From: Candidatus Omnitrophota bacterium
GTDB lineage: Bacteria; Omnitrophota; Gorgyraeia; DTHP01
Direction of reading: 5' to 3'
DNA: 64,000 nucleotides
Assembly: GCA_023819145.1 (NCBI GenBank)
Contig: JAMWCW010000005.1
Coordinates: 22,566 to 86,565 of the forward strand
In this document: positions 1-9,377 of the stretch, in pieces
Numbering within the stretch: the first letter of the stretch is position 1
Layout of the letters: each line of letters begins with the position of its first letter
Made by a program: the position numbers and the translations under genes
The notes under the pieces: model-generated
Told to the model about the DNA's origin: nothing
What the model saw: only the letters and a program-made list of their open reading frames with translations
Database searches by the model: none

Positions 1-124
1 AATGTATCTTTTTGTGTTTCCATTAAAAAATTAGCTAATACTGGTAGGGTAACACGAGTAGAAACTACATTTTGTAAAGCTTGAACCGCTTCTATTAAAT
101 CCTTTCTTTTTACACGGATTTTCA
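1..124 (-). CDS. dnaN: DNA polymerase III beta sliding clamp, N-terminal fragment (gene continues beyond window start)
   Basis: Minus-strand reading from ATG (complement of 122-124) gives MKIRVKRKDLIEAVQALQNVVSTRVTLPVLANFLMETQKDT, a typical DnaN N-terminus; position directly downstream of dnaA on the same strand. Confidence 0.6.
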
Positions 125-275
125 TTTCTTCTCCTTTCTATTTTTTATTTAGCATTTATTAAAAGTAATACTTGGGTGTTTGTGGAAAAGTTAGGTTAAA
201 AAATCATAATTTATTATTTTTCAACATAAAAAGATTTACACAAAACAGGGAACAAGTTGTGATTATAGCATAAAT

Positions 276-284
276 TTATCCACA
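276..284. promoter_or_regulatory. Perfect DnaA box TTATCCACA in AT-rich dnaA-dnaN intergenic region (oriC candidate 125-292)
   Basis: Exact 9-mer TTATCCACA; near-box TGTGGAAAA at ~169-177; surrounding 170 bp is very AT-rich (possible DNA-unwinding element). Confidence 0.5.
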
Positions 285-292
285 TTTTAATT

Positions 293-1624
293 TTAATTTT
301 TTTTAATCTCCTCAACTAACCTTTGCAAGATTTCTTTAAGTTCCTTTTTTAGTTCTAAGTCATTCCTAATCTTATTCCAAGCATGTAGAACGGTTGTATG
401 GTCTTTACCCCCAAAGTACATTCCAATATCCGGGAAAGACAAATCAGTCAATTCCCTGCTCAAATACATGGCAATCTGACGAGGAAGAACCACTGCTTGA
501 TTTCTTCTTTTTGTCCGCATATCCGAAAAACGGATATTAAAGTAATCTGCAACCTTCTTCTGAATAGTATCAACTGTTATTTTTTTCTCTTCTTCAATAA
601 TCATATCTTTTAATACTTTTTGAGCCATTTCTAAACTTATCTTTTCATCAATCAATTGAGCATGGGCAAGGACTCTTACTAAAGCTCCCTCTAAATCACG
701 GATGTTGTTCTTTATCTTTTCGGAAATAAAAAAAATTACCTCTTGCGGAACTTCTAAATTAGCCAACTCCGCTTTTTTCTTTAAAATAGCACTTCTTGTT
801 TCGAAATCCGGTGGTTGGATATCTGTTACCAACCCCCAACCGAATCGGGAAACTAATCTTTCTTCTAAGCCTTGAATATTTTTGGGAGAACGGTCACTGG
901 AAAGAACAATCTGTTTATGTGCGTCGTAGAGCGCGTTAAAGGTATGGAAAAACTCTTCTTGGGTGCTTTCTTTCCCCGCAATAAAGTAAATATCGTCAAT
1001 AAGCAACACGTCAATATTACGGTAACGTTCTCTAAATTTATTCGTGGTACGTGTTTGGATTGCGGTTATTAACTGATTAGTAAAATCTTCGCTAGAAATA
1101 AAAACCATCTTTACCTGTGCGTTTTTACTATAGATGTAATGAGCAATTGCCTGGAGGAGATGAGTTTTCCCAAGGCCCACTCCTCCGTAAATGAATAACG
1201 GATTATAGGCTCTGGCAGGCGATTCCGCGACAGCTAAAGAAGCTGCGTGGGCAAAACGGTTACTCGGTCCGACCACAAAATTTTCAAAGGTATACAGGGG
1301 ATTTAATCTTAATCTCTCCTCCTCTTTTTTAAGACGGTTTGCAGAAAGATTTTCTGCTTTGGTTTCTATATTTTCTAAAGAGGTAAAATCTATTTTTATA
1401 CTCCCCAATCCGATTTCCTGCAATGCTTCTTTGAGCAGTTTACCGTAGCGTTCTTTGAGCCATTCGCTAAAGAATTGGTCAGGGGTTTCGATAATTAAAG
1501 TATTGTCATCCAATCCCCAAGGTTTAAGTATAGAAAACCAAGTTTCATAACTACGGGGATGAATCTTTTTTTGAATTGCCTCCATTAATAAAGACCAGAC
1601 AGTGTATTTATTTTTTTCTTTCAT
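293..1624 (-). CDS. dnaA: Chromosomal replication initiator protein DnaA
   Basis: 443-aa ORF with an AAA+ Walker A motif (GGVGLGKTHLL) and a C-terminal helix-turn-helix DnaA-box binding domain; N-terminal DnaA domain I; flanked by DnaA boxes. Confidence 0.95.
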   Translation of the reverse strand: MKEKNKYTVWSLLMEAIQKKIHPRSYETWFSILKPWGLDDNTLIIETPDQFFSEWLKERYGKLLKEALQEIGLGSIKIDFTSLENIETKAENLSANRLKKEEERLRLNPLYTFENFVVGPSNRFAHAASLAVAESPARAYNPLFIYGGVGLGKTHLLQAIAHYIYSKNAQVKMVFISSEDFTNQLITAIQTRTTNKFRERYRNIDVLLIDDIYFIAGKESTQEEFFHTFNALYDAHKQIVLSSDRSPKNIQGLEERLVSRFGWGLVTDIQPPDFETRSAILKKKAELANLEVPQEVIFFISEKIKNNIRDLEGALVRVLAHAQLIDEKISLEMAQKVLKDMIIEEEKKITVDTIQKKVADYFNIRFSDMRTKRRNQAVVLPRQIAMYLSRELTDLSFPDIGMYFGGKDHTTVLHAWNKIRNDLELKKELKEILQRLVEEIKKN

Positions 1625-1690
1625 TATAAGACTAGTTGTAAGAGGTAATATAATAAATTAAAAAAAATTTTTTGTCAACATAAAAGAGAG

Positions 1691-1710
1691 TTATCCACAT
1701 TTTATGCACA
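1691..1710. promoter_or_regulatory. Tandem DnaA boxes TTATCCACA (1691-1699) and TTATGCACA (1702-1710) upstream of dnaA (second oriC/dnaA-promoter candidate 1625-1835)
   Basis: Two perfect matches to TTATNCACA spaced 2 bp apart; a further 1-mismatch box (TATGGATAA) at ~1776-1784; divergent rpmH/dnaA intergenic region. Confidence 0.55.
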
Positions 1711-1835
1711 GAAAAACGCTCTTCCTTAAACCTCAGAATACAACCCCTACGCCCTGTTTTTTATTTACTTGACTTATATGGATAATTTGCTTAAAATATA
1801 TCACACCATTTTTGTTATAAAAAAGAGAGGATAGG

Positions 1836-1973
1836 ATGAAAAAAACACTTAAGCCCATCACTATTTTGAAGAAAAAAAGAAGACATGGATTTCGAAGGAG
1901 AATGGCTGACCGTTGGGGGGAAAAAGTGCTTAGTAACCGAAGAAAAAAAGGAAGAAAACGCCTAACCGTTTAA
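1836..1973 (+). CDS. rpmH: 50S ribosomal protein L34
   Basis: Not in the supplied ORF track because it is short. Translates to [45 protein letters not shown], the canonical L34 sequence; canonical position next to dnaA. Confidence 0.9.
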   Translation: MKKTLKPITILKKKRRHGFRRRMADRWGEKVLSNRRKKGRKRLTV

Positions 1974-1975
1974 GC

Positions 1976-2194
1976 ATGTTGAAAAGATTTCTGCTCTTCT
2001 GTTTAGACCTCTATAAAGATAGTTTTTCGGCTCTATTTCCAGCTTGTCGTTTTTATCCCAGTTGTTCTGTTTACACCAAAGAAGCAATAATTAAAAGAGG
2101 GTTGGTAAAGGGGCTCTGTAAGGGAATCTTCCGCATTTTACGCTGTCATCCTTTGAACCCCGGAGGTTACGACCCTTTAGAGAAAGAAGGTTAG
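1976..2194 (+). CDS. yidD: Membrane protein insertion efficiency factor YidD
   Basis: 72 aa with [10 protein letters not shown]...[15 protein letters not shown], the YidD (haemolytic-domain) signature; immediately upstream of yidC. Confidence 0.85.
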   Translation: MLKRFLLFCLDLYKDSFSALFPACRFYPSCSVYTKEAIIKRGLVKGLCKGIFRILRCHPLNPGGYDPLEKEG

Positions 2195-2196
2195 AG

Positions 2197-3762
2197 ATGG
2201 AGAAAAAAAATCTTATTGGTCTTTTATTTATTCTACTCATTATCTTTCTTTATCCTTTTTACCTCCAGATTTTTGCTCCACAACCCTCTCCCAAGATTAC
2301 TAAAACCGCAGTAATAGATTTCCCCCAAGAAGTAAGTATTCAAGTAGTTGATAAAGAAGAAGTTAAGAACTATGATACGGTTCATGATACGGTTTTACAA
2401 AATAAACATCTGCGTATAGAGTGCACGAACAAGGGGGCAGGGATTAACATGATACAGTTGATACAGTTTAATAATCAACAAGAGGGTAACCCCATAAGTA
2501 TTTATAAAAACGATACTTATAGTAAAAAGATCCTTTATTTTACCCACCCTTTTCTAAATTACGACTTAAATAAAGCGGTCTATGCTTATAACGAATCTAA
2601 AAATGGAGTAAGCTATTATTTATTAGTTCCCGGACAATGCTTAATAGAAAAGAAGATTATTTTAGAGGAAAATACCCATCTGCTAAAGTTTAATTTACGC
2701 CTCCAAAACTTAGACCAGAAACCCTTACCGGTGAATGTAGGTTTTGTAGGAGGCCAGAATCTTAAAACCAAAGAACCTTGGGAAGAGCGTTACTGGGAAA
2801 TCGCTTTTGCTCAAGAAGGGAAAATCAAACATGAGTTTTTCCGCCAAATTCGCACCTCTAAAATTTATTTGGCTCCCCTTCCTTGGTTGGCCTTAAAGAG
2901 TAAATATTTTTCTCAAATCATTGTTCCCTCTTCAGGAACCACTTCGTTTACTGCCCAGCGTCTTGCCGATAATGGCTTAGAGGTTTCAGTGCAAGTTCCT
3001 TTAACAATTCTTCAACCTGGAGAAACTAAGGAAGAAAATTTTTTGTTTTATTTCGGACCACTTGACACGCGTGTCCTGCATCAATATAATAGTGAATGGA
3101 AAGAAATTGTATATTACGGGATGTTTGATGGCATTGCTAAATTTATCCTGCGCATCCTCCGAGGAGGTTTTATGCTTTTAAAGAACTATGGCTTAGCAAT
3201 CATCTTTCTTTCACTTTTGGTTAACCTTTTTCTTTTCCCTTTCACCTGGAAGAGCATGAAGTCGATGCAAGCCCTCCAGAGCCTTCAGCCTCAGATAGAG
3301 CGCTTGCGTAAAGAATATGCACAAGACCCCCAAAGATTAAATAAAGAAATATTAGGGATATACCAAAAACATAAAGTAAATCCTTTTGGAGGATGTCTTC
3401 CTTTATTTCTGCAAATGCCTATCTTCGTTTCTCTTTATCAGGTGCTTTCGCGTGCGGTTGAACTGAAAGGAGCAAGATTCCTCTGGATAAAAGACCTTTC
3501 GCTTCCTGATAATTTGTTTTCTTTTCCCCAGAAAGTCCTTTTTCTCGACTCCTTTAATTTGCTACCCTTGATTATGGTTTTACTTATGTATCTTCAACAA
3601 AAAAAGACACAGGTTTATTCTCCTTCCCAAAAGCAGACTACTTGGTTTATGCCTTTCTTTTTTGGGTTTATTTTTTATAATTTTCCTTCAGGGTTAGTGC
3701 TTTATTGGTTAGTGAGCACCTTATTAAATTTAATTTTACAAGGGAAGGTGCATAAAGGTTAA
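2197..3762 (+). CDS. yidC: Membrane protein insertase YidC/Oxa1 family
   Basis: 521 aa; N-terminal TM, large periplasmic domain, C-terminal 5-TM 60-kDa inner membrane protein domain (...GGCLPLFLQMPIFVSLYQVL...); conserved rpmH-yidD-yidC synteny. Confidence 0.9.
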   Translation: MEKKNLIGLLFILLIIFLYPFYLQIFAPQPSPKITKTAVIDFPQEVSIQVVDKEEVKNYDTVHDTVLQNKHLRIECTNKGAGINMIQLIQFNNQQEGNPISIYKNDTYSKKILYFTHPFLNYDLNKAVYAYNESKNGVSYYLLVPGQCLIEKKIILEENTHLLKFNLRLQNLDQKPLPVNVGFVGGQNLKTKEPWEERYWEIAFAQEGKIKHEFFRQIRTSKIYLAPLPWLALKSKYFSQIIVPSSGTTSFTAQRLADNGLEVSVQVPLTILQPGETKEENFLFYFGPLDTRVLHQYNSEWKEIVYYGMFDGIAKFILRILRGGFMLLKNYGLAIIFLSLLVNLFLFPFTWKSMKSMQALQSLQPQIERLRKEYAQDPQRLNKEILGIYQKHKVNPFGGCLPLFLQMPIFVSLYQVLSRAVELKGARFLWIKDLSLPDNLFSFPQKVLFLDSFNLLPLIMVLLMYLQQKKTQVYSPSQKQTTWFMPFFFGFIFYNFPSGLVLYWLVSTLLNLILQGKVHKG

Positions 3763-3800
3763 AGCGCTATATTTAGCTTTAAGTTTTCACGTGAAAACTG

Positions 3801-4604
3801 ATGGGTAAAATAATTGCAATCTGTAATCAAAAAGGAGGAGTGGGAAAGACTACTACCTGCATTAATCTTTCTGCTTTTTTAGCCCATGCAGGTAAAAAAA
3901 TATTGGTCATAGATTTAGACCCTCAAGGAAATGCCACCAGTGGTTTGGGAGTAGAGAAGAATAAACTAAATTCTTCTATTTATCAGGCACTCTTAGGAGA
4001 AGTGAAACTAGAGGAGATTATCCAGCCAACAACCATAGAGAATCTAAAATTAGTTCCTGCGCGCTTAGAGCTCATTGGCGCTGAAGTAGAGTTAAGCAGA
4101 ATGGATAAAGGGCAGTTTGTTTTGCAAAAATTATTAGAGGAGGCACAAAGGAATTTCGACTTTCTTTTTATTGACCTTCCTCCCTCTCTGGGTCTACTTA
4201 CGGTGAATGGACTAACTGCTGCCCATTCTGCGCTCATTCCTGTGCAATGTGAATACTATGCATTGGAAGGGTTAAGTCAACTATTGGTAACCTTGGAGAG
4301 GATAAAACAGGCGTTTAACCCGACATTAGCCATTGAAGGGATTTTGCTTACCATGGCAGACTATCGCACTAATCTTTCGCAGGAGGTAATTGCTGAGGCC
4401 CGTCAGCATTTTGGGAAGGAAGTTTATGCCACTGTAATTCCCCGCAGTATTCGCTTGGGTGAAGCACCCGGTTTTGGGAAACCTGTTTTTCTCTATGCTC
4501 CGGAGTGCGTGGGGGCTCTGAAGTATGCAGAGTTAGCCCAAGAATTTCTTTTAAGAAATACGAATATAAACTTAGACCTTAATTTAACCTCATCAATTTC
4601 TTAA
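3801..4604 (+). CDS. parA: Chromosome partitioning ATPase ParA/Soj
   Basis: Deviant Walker A KGGVGKTT, ParA/MinD-family length (267 aa), followed by parB. Confidence 0.9.
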   Translation: MGKIIAICNQKGGVGKTTTCINLSAFLAHAGKKILVIDLDPQGNATSGLGVEKNKLNSSIYQALLGEVKLEEIIQPTTIENLKLVPARLELIGAEVELSRMDKGQFVLQKLLEEAQRNFDFLFIDLPPSLGLLTVNGLTAAHSALIPVQCEYYALEGLSQLLVTLERIKQAFNPTLAIEGILLTMADYRTNLSQEVIAEARQHFGKEVYATVIPRSIRLGEAPGFGKPVFLYAPECVGALKYAELAQEFLLRNTNINLDLNLTSSIS

Positions 4605-4611
4605 CCAGGGA

Positions 4612-5481
4612 GTGAATATGGAGAAAAGAAGAGCTTTGGGGAAAGGGCTTGATGCGCTCATTCCTGTTTCGGCTTTAGAGAAAGAAGATACGCAAGCAAT
4701 AGTAAATATTGAAGTTAAAGACATTGTGGCTAATAAATATCAACCTCGCCAGAATTTCTCTGCACCGCTGATGCGGGAATTAATGGCCTCAATTCGAGAA
4801 AAAGGAATTATTCAGCCGATTATTGTGCGCCGTACCCCTGCTGGCTATGAACTGATTGCCGGTGAAAGGCGCTTAAAAGCTGCCCAAGAACTTGGGTTGA
4901 CGCAAGTACCTGCAATTATTAAAGATATAAAAGAAGAAGTCGACCTTCTGGAGTTAGCCTTGATTGAGAATCTTCAACGTGAGGACCTTAATCCTATTGA
5001 AGAAGCCCAGGCATTTAAACGTCTTATGGAAGAATTTGGGATGGCTCAGGAGAAAATTGCCCAGATAGTGGGTAAAGAAGTGGTTTCTATTGTCAATAAA
5101 CTCCGCTTATTAAAGCTCCCTCTGCCGGTGCAAGAAAAGATTATCCAAGGGGAATTGAGTGAAGGGCATGGCCGGGCAATCCTTTCTCTCCCCGAGCCTC
5201 AAGAACAGATAGATTTTGCCGAAGAAATCATCGCCAAAGCGCTTTCGGTGCGGGAAGCGGAAAATAGAGTAAGGAGTTTAAAAAGAAAAAAGAGCAAGAA
5301 GCCAGTTTTAGCACATAAAAAAGACCCGCACTTAGGATTTTGGGAAGAGGAATTACAGCGTCTTTTTGGTACCAAAGTCAAGATTATTCATCGTCGGGAA
5401 CGAGGTAAAATTGAGTTAGAATATTATTCTCTTGCGGATTTGGAAAGGCTGATTAATCTCTTGAAGAAAAGCAGCAGTTAA
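4612..5481 (+). CDS. parB: Chromosome partitioning protein ParB/Spo0J
   Basis: ParB N-terminal nuclease-like motif (GERR..A), helix-turn-helix, 289 aa, downstream of parA. Confidence 0.9.
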   Translation: MNMEKRRALGKGLDALIPVSALEKEDTQAIVNIEVKDIVANKYQPRQNFSAPLMRELMASIREKGIIQPIIVRRTPAGYELIAGERRLKAAQELGLTQVPAIIKDIKEEVDLLELALIENLQREDLNPIEEAQAFKRLMEEFGMAQEKIAQIVGKEVVSIVNKLRLLKLPLPVQEKIIQGELSEGHGRAILSLPEPQEQIDFAEEIIAKALSVREAENRVRSLKRKKSKKPVLAHKKDPHLGFWEEELQRLFGTKVKIIHRRERGKIELEYYSLADLERLINLLKKSSS

Positions 5482-5496
5482 AAGGAGGGGTAAAAT

Positions 5497-5997
5497 ATGA
5501 CGGAGCAGACTTTGGTGATTATTAAACCCGATGGCTTGAAAAAATCGCTTACGGGTAATATTCTTACCCGTCTTTCAGAGACGAAGTTAGAAATCATCGG
5601 GGCGAAAGTTCTCAGAGTTTCCCGTGAGCTGGCAGAGAGTCACTATGCCCATATGAAAGACAAACCCTTTTTTGAAGACTTGATTAAATATATCCAAGGA
5701 GAATTTCACGAAAGACGCAAGGTCATGGCTTTAGTTTATTGGGGAGAAGGGGCGATTGGGAAAGTGCGCGAAATCTGCGGGGCTACCAACCCCGAGGAAG
5801 CAGACCCCACAACCATCAGAGGAGCATACGGTAGAATCACCACCAAGGGAGTTTATGAAAATGTAATTCATGCTTCTCGGGATAATCAAGAAGCAGAAAG
5901 AGAAATAAAACTTTGGTTTTTACCCGAAGAACTTATTGTAGAAGTTTACCCTACAAAAATAATTGAGGAAAAAGTTAAAAAGCGAGTTTGGGCATAA
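5497..5997 (+). CDS. ndk: Nucleoside diphosphate kinase (with ~25-aa C-terminal extension)
   Basis: IIKPDG..., NxxHxSD active-site region (NVIHAS), typical NDK fold length plus an extension. Confidence 0.9.
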   Translation: MTEQTLVIIKPDGLKKSLTGNILTRLSETKLEIIGAKVLRVSRELAESHYAHMKDKPFFEDLIKYIQGEFHERRKVMALVYWGEGAIGKVREICGATNPEEADPTTIRGAYGRITTKGVYENVIHASRDNQEAEREIKLWFLPEELIVEVYPTKIIEEKVKKRVWA

Positions 5998-6028
5998 GCT
6001 TTAGCGCTGAACAAAAAGCGAGGAGAAC

Positions 6029-6904
6029 ATGACAAAAAGCATGACCGGCTTTAGTAAAGCAACAGGAAAAATCAAAGGGGGTGTTTTGAGTGTAGAGATA
6101 AAATCTTTCAACCATCGTTTTTTTGAAGTTACTACCCGGCTCCCTCAAGAACTATTAATTTACGAAGAAGAAATAAAACGTCGGCTTAAAGAAAGAATCC
6201 GTCGTGGTTCAATCAATGTTCTCTTTATTTATTTTTCTCCTCAAGGGAATATAAAGTCTGTGAATTTGGATGAGAGGGTGGTTAAACAATATACTCAAAT
6301 AGCCAAATTGCTCTCTAAAAAAATAGGTTTGAGAGGAGAGTGGGGAATAAGCGACTTCTTGAATCTGCCCGGGGTTTTGGTATGCGAAGAAAAGCACATA
6401 GATTTGAGTAAGGAGTGGGGAGAGTGTAGAAAAGTTTTAGATAAAGCGATAGACAAACTGCTTGTTTCTAAAGAAAAAGAAGGCAGGGTGTTACTTAAAG
6501 ATGTTTTGGCGAATATACAATCTGCAGAAAATTCTTTAAAGAAGATTCAAATGCGCACAAAGCACAATGTAGGTGAATTTAAAAGAAAGATACAATTAAA
6601 GTGCCAGGCATTAGCCGGTTTAACCCTTACCAAAGAAAAACTAATGGAAGAAACAAGTCTTTTCTTACGGAATACCGATATTTCTGAAGAGATAGTGCGT
6701 GTTCGAGGACACCTCGTGGAAATGCGGAATTTATTAAAGAAAGAAGAAGAAGTGGGAAGGAAGCTTGATTTTATGGCCCAAGAGGCTTTTCGCGAAGCTA
6801 ATACCATCGGTGCGAAAGCCAACGATTATCTTATTTCCCATGAGGTGGTTTTGATAAAGTCGTATGTGGAAAAGATTCGCGAACAGGTGCAGAATTTAGA
6901 ATGA
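6029..6904 (+). CDS. yicC: YicC-family protein (UPF0701, stress-induced endoribonuclease family)
   Basis: N-terminal MTGF..SVE.KS.NHRF motif and C-terminal DUF1732-like region; conserved yicC-remA-gmk-rpoZ neighbourhood. Confidence 0.85.
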   Translation: MTKSMTGFSKATGKIKGGVLSVEIKSFNHRFFEVTTRLPQELLIYEEEIKRRLKERIRRGSINVLFIYFSPQGNIKSVNLDERVVKQYTQIAKLLSKKIGLRGEWGISDFLNLPGVLVCEEKHIDLSKEWGECRKVLDKAIDKLLVSKEKEGRVLLKDVLANIQSAENSLKKIQMRTKHNVGEFKRKIQLKCQALAGLTLTKEKLMEETSLFLRNTDISEEIVRVRGHLVEMRNLLKKEEEVGRKLDFMAQEAFREANTIGAKANDYLISHEVVLIKSYVEKIREQVQNLE

Positions 6905-7134
6905 AAATTTTGGACATTGGGTTTAACAATTCGGTTGTTTTAGACAAGGTAGTGGCAGTAGTTTCTTCAGAGGCTGCTCCGATGAAGAGACTTCGGGCAG
7001 AGGCAAAACGCCAAGGTAAACTCATTGATGCCACCAACGGAAGAAAAACAAGGGCAATAATCATTACCACTTCTGACCATGTAATTCTTTCAGGAATTAA
7101 TCCCGAAACCTTGGCAGAGAGAATTAGAGCGTAA
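6901..7134 (+). CDS. DUF370 / RemA-like protein
   Basis: 77 aa, closely resembles Bacillus RemA (MK.I.IGF.N.V....V.V.S.E.AP.KR...A...G.LIDAT.GR.TRA.IIT.SDHVILS); start overlaps the yicC stop (ATGA). Confidence 0.8.
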   Translation: MKILDIGFNNSVVLDKVVAVVSSEAAPMKRLRAEAKRQGKLIDATNGRKTRAIIITTSDHVILSGINPETLAERIRA

Positions 7135-7142
7135 CGGCAGAG

Positions 7143-7715
7143 ATGAAGAGGAAAGGTTTACTTTTTGTGATTTCCGGACCCTCGGGATGCGGGAAGACTA
7201 CCTTGGGAGAGGAGATTATTTCTGGGAATAAGAATCTGGTACGTTCTGTTTCGGTAACTACCCGTCCACCGCGTCGGGGGGAAAGAAGAGGTAAGGCATA
7301 CTTTTTTGTAAATGACAAAGAGTTTATGGAATTAAAAAAGAGAAACAAACTCCTTGAGTGGGCGAAAGTTTTCGGTTATTTTTATGGAACGCCCCGCGAA
7401 TTTGTGGTAAGGAAAATTAGCCAAGGCAAAGATGTTGTTTTGATTATCGATGTTCAAGGTGCAATGCAGGTAAAGAAAAAATTTCCTCACGCGGTATTCA
7501 TTTTTATCGCCCCACCCTCTTTGCAGGCCTTGAGAGAAAGACTAAAAAAAAGAGGATTGGATTCTTCTTCAGAGATAGAAAAACGCCTACGTCAGGCAAA
7601 GAAGGAGATGGAGTTTAAAAGAGAATATAATTATATTTTGATAAACGATGATTTGGATGTTGCCAAGAAAATACTTAATGCTATTATTACCTTAGAGAGG
7701 CTTAATAAAAAATAA
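7143..7715 (+). CDS. gmk: Guanylate kinase
   Basis: P-loop GPSGCGKTT, 190 aa, conserved position before rpoZ. Confidence 0.92.
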   Translation: MKRKGLLFVISGPSGCGKTTLGEEIISGNKNLVRSVSVTTRPPRRGERRGKAYFFVNDKEFMELKKRNKLLEWAKVFGYFYGTPREFVVRKISQGKDVVLIIDVQGAMQVKKKFPHAVFIFIAPPSLQALRERLKKRGLDSSSEIEKRLRQAKKEMEFKREYNYILINDDLDVAKKILNAIITLERLNKK

Positions 7716-7732
7716 AATGGAGGTGTAGACTT

Positions 7733-7939
7733 ATGTCTTATGTGCCTATAGAAAAGATTCTCAAAAACGTAGGGAGCATTTATAAAGCAGTTAACTTGGC
7801 GAGTAAACGTGCTGTAGAATTAAATGAAGGAGCTCCCAAGTTGGCAAATATCGAGTCTTCTAAAATTTCTACCATTGCCTTGGAAGAAATTATCCAAGGT
7901 AAAATTAGCTATAAAAAGACTAAACAGGGGGAGAAATGA
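7733..7939 (+). CDS. rpoZ: DNA-directed RNA polymerase subunit omega
   Basis: 68 aa; N-terminal RpoZ motif (..NRY.LV..ASKRA..L); gmk-rpoZ synteny. Confidence 0.85.
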   Translation: MSYVPIEKILKNVGSIYKAVNLASKRAVELNEGAPKLANIESSKISTIALEEIIQGKISYKKTKQGEK

Positions 7940-8472
7940 AAAGAGAGGTTGTTTTAGGGGTTAGTGGGAGCATTGCTATATATAAGTCATTGGATCTAAT
8001 TAATTTATTAAAAGAAAAAGGATTAAACATTTCTGTAATTATGACTAAAGAGGCAGAAGAACTGATAAAGCCCTTGACTTTTCAAACGCTTTCCCATAAT
8101 CCTGTTTATACCGAAATGTTTTCTCCTCCACAAGAAAATAACCCGTTACATATCAGACTTGCCGAGAGAGGGGATTTAATCCTCATTTGTCCTGCCACCG
8201 CTAACATTATTGGGAAAATTGCCCATGGTATTTGCGATGACCTTTTAACTTGCACCGTGATTTCTACAAAAGCACCCGTTTTAATCTGTCCGGCGATGAA
8301 TGAGAATATGTATAAGAATAAAATCATAGAAGAAAATATTAGAAAACTAAAAAATTTTGGCTACAAATTCATTGAACCTGTTAAAGGTAAACTTGCCTGT
8401 GGGAAGACAGGCATAGGCCATCTTGCCCCTCTTACTCAGATAGTAGCAGAAGTTTTTGCTCTGCTCAAATGA
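7936..8472 (+). CDS. coaC: Phosphopantothenoylcysteine decarboxylase (flavoprotein, CoaC half of Dfp)
   Basis: Flavoprotein fold with the PxMNxxM motif (CPAMNENMY); 178 aa; followed by a separate overlapping coaB. Confidence 0.85.
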   Translation: MKREVVLGVSGSIAIYKSLDLINLLKEKGLNISVIMTKEAEELIKPLTFQTLSHNPVYTEMFSPPQENNPLHIRLAERGDLILICPATANIIGKIAHGICDDLLTCTVISTKAPVLICPAMNENMYKNKIIEENIRKLKNFGYKFIEPVKGKLACGKTGIGHLAPLTQIVAEVFALLK

Positions 8473-9137
8473 AGAAGGTGCATCTTCTCATTACTGCTGG
8501 TCCCACCCGTGAACCCCTTGACCCGGTGAGATTTATTTCTAATTATTCCACAGGAACTTTGGGTTATATTTTGGCAGAGGAGGCTAAAAAAGAGGGTTAT
8601 AGCGTTACTTTAATTAGTGGTCCTACGCATTTGAAACCTCCTCAGGGCGTAAAATTTATTGCTATAAATACTGCCTCCGAAATGTATAAAGAAGTAAAAA
8701 AACATTTTTCTTCCTGCGACTGCCTCATTATGACTGCAGCGGTATGTGATTTTCGCGTGGTAAAACCAGCAAGGAATAAAATCAAAAAAGGTAGTTCTAA
8801 AAATTTGATTTTAAGATTGGTTAAAAACCCCGATATCCTCTATGAGATGGGTAGAAGGAAAAAGGATAAGATTTTGATTGGTTTTTCCTTGGAAACCACT
8901 AACCTAATTAAGCATGCTCAAGAAAAGTTAAAAAAGAAAAATTTAGATTTAATTATTGCCCAGAAATTGGGCAGAAATACCTTCGGAGAGGGAAGTATTA
9001 CCCCCTTGATTATTTACAGAGAAGGTGTGCTTAAGAAAAGTGCTCCTTGTTCTAAGCTTGGGTTTTCTAAGCGCCTCCTTAAGGAGATAAATACCTTGAC
9101 TTTTAAGAAGTTAAGTGCTAAATTATCCCAAAAATAA
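8469..9137 (+). CDS. coaB: Phosphopantothenate-cysteine ligase (CoaB half of Dfp)
   Basis: ITAGPTxEPLDPVRFISNxSTG motif typical of the CoaB domain; ATGA overlap with coaC. Confidence 0.85.
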   Translation: MKKVHLLITAGPTREPLDPVRFISNYSTGTLGYILAEEAKKEGYSVTLISGPTHLKPPQGVKFIAINTASEMYKEVKKHFSSCDCLIMTAAVCDFRVVKPARNKIKKGSSKNLILRLVKNPDILYEMGRRKKDKILIGFSLETTNLIKHAQEKLKKKNLDLIIAQKLGRNTFGEGSITPLIIYREGVLKKSAPCSKLGFSKRLLKEINTLTFKKLSAKLSQK

Positions 9138-9160
9138 TCTCAGGACGTAATCCAAATTGT

Positions 9161-9234
9161 GGCGCGGTAGCCAAGTGGCAAGGCAGTGGTCTGCAAAACC
9201 ATTATTCGTCGGTTCAATTCCGACCCGCGCCTCG
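9161..9234 (+). tRNA. tRNA-Cys (GCA)
   Basis: Cloverleaf by eye: acceptor GGCGCGG/CCGCGCC, anticodon loop CUGCAAA, T-arm GGTTCAATTCC, discriminator U. Confidence 0.8.
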
Positions 9235-9260
9235 ATTTTAGTGAGAGTGATTTTTAGTTC

Positions 9261-9344
9261 GGGCGAGTGGAGGAATGGTATACTCGACGGACTTAAAATC
9301 CGTTGGCCGTTAAGGCCGTAAGGGTTCGAATCCCTTCTCGCCCA
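9261..9344 (+). tRNA. tRNA-Leu (TAA), long variable arm
   Basis: Acceptor GGGCGAG/CTCGCCC, anticodon loop CTTAAAA, long extra arm, T-arm GGTTCGAATCC. Confidence 0.8.
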
Positions 9345-9377
9345 TAGACAATTTGGCAAGGGAACAATTTATTTTAT

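Noticed and set aside
9123-9359. 78-aa minus-strand ORF
   Set aside because: Lies entirely across the tRNA-Cys/tRNA-Leu genes; its composition simply reflects tRNA sequence, so it is a spurious ORF.
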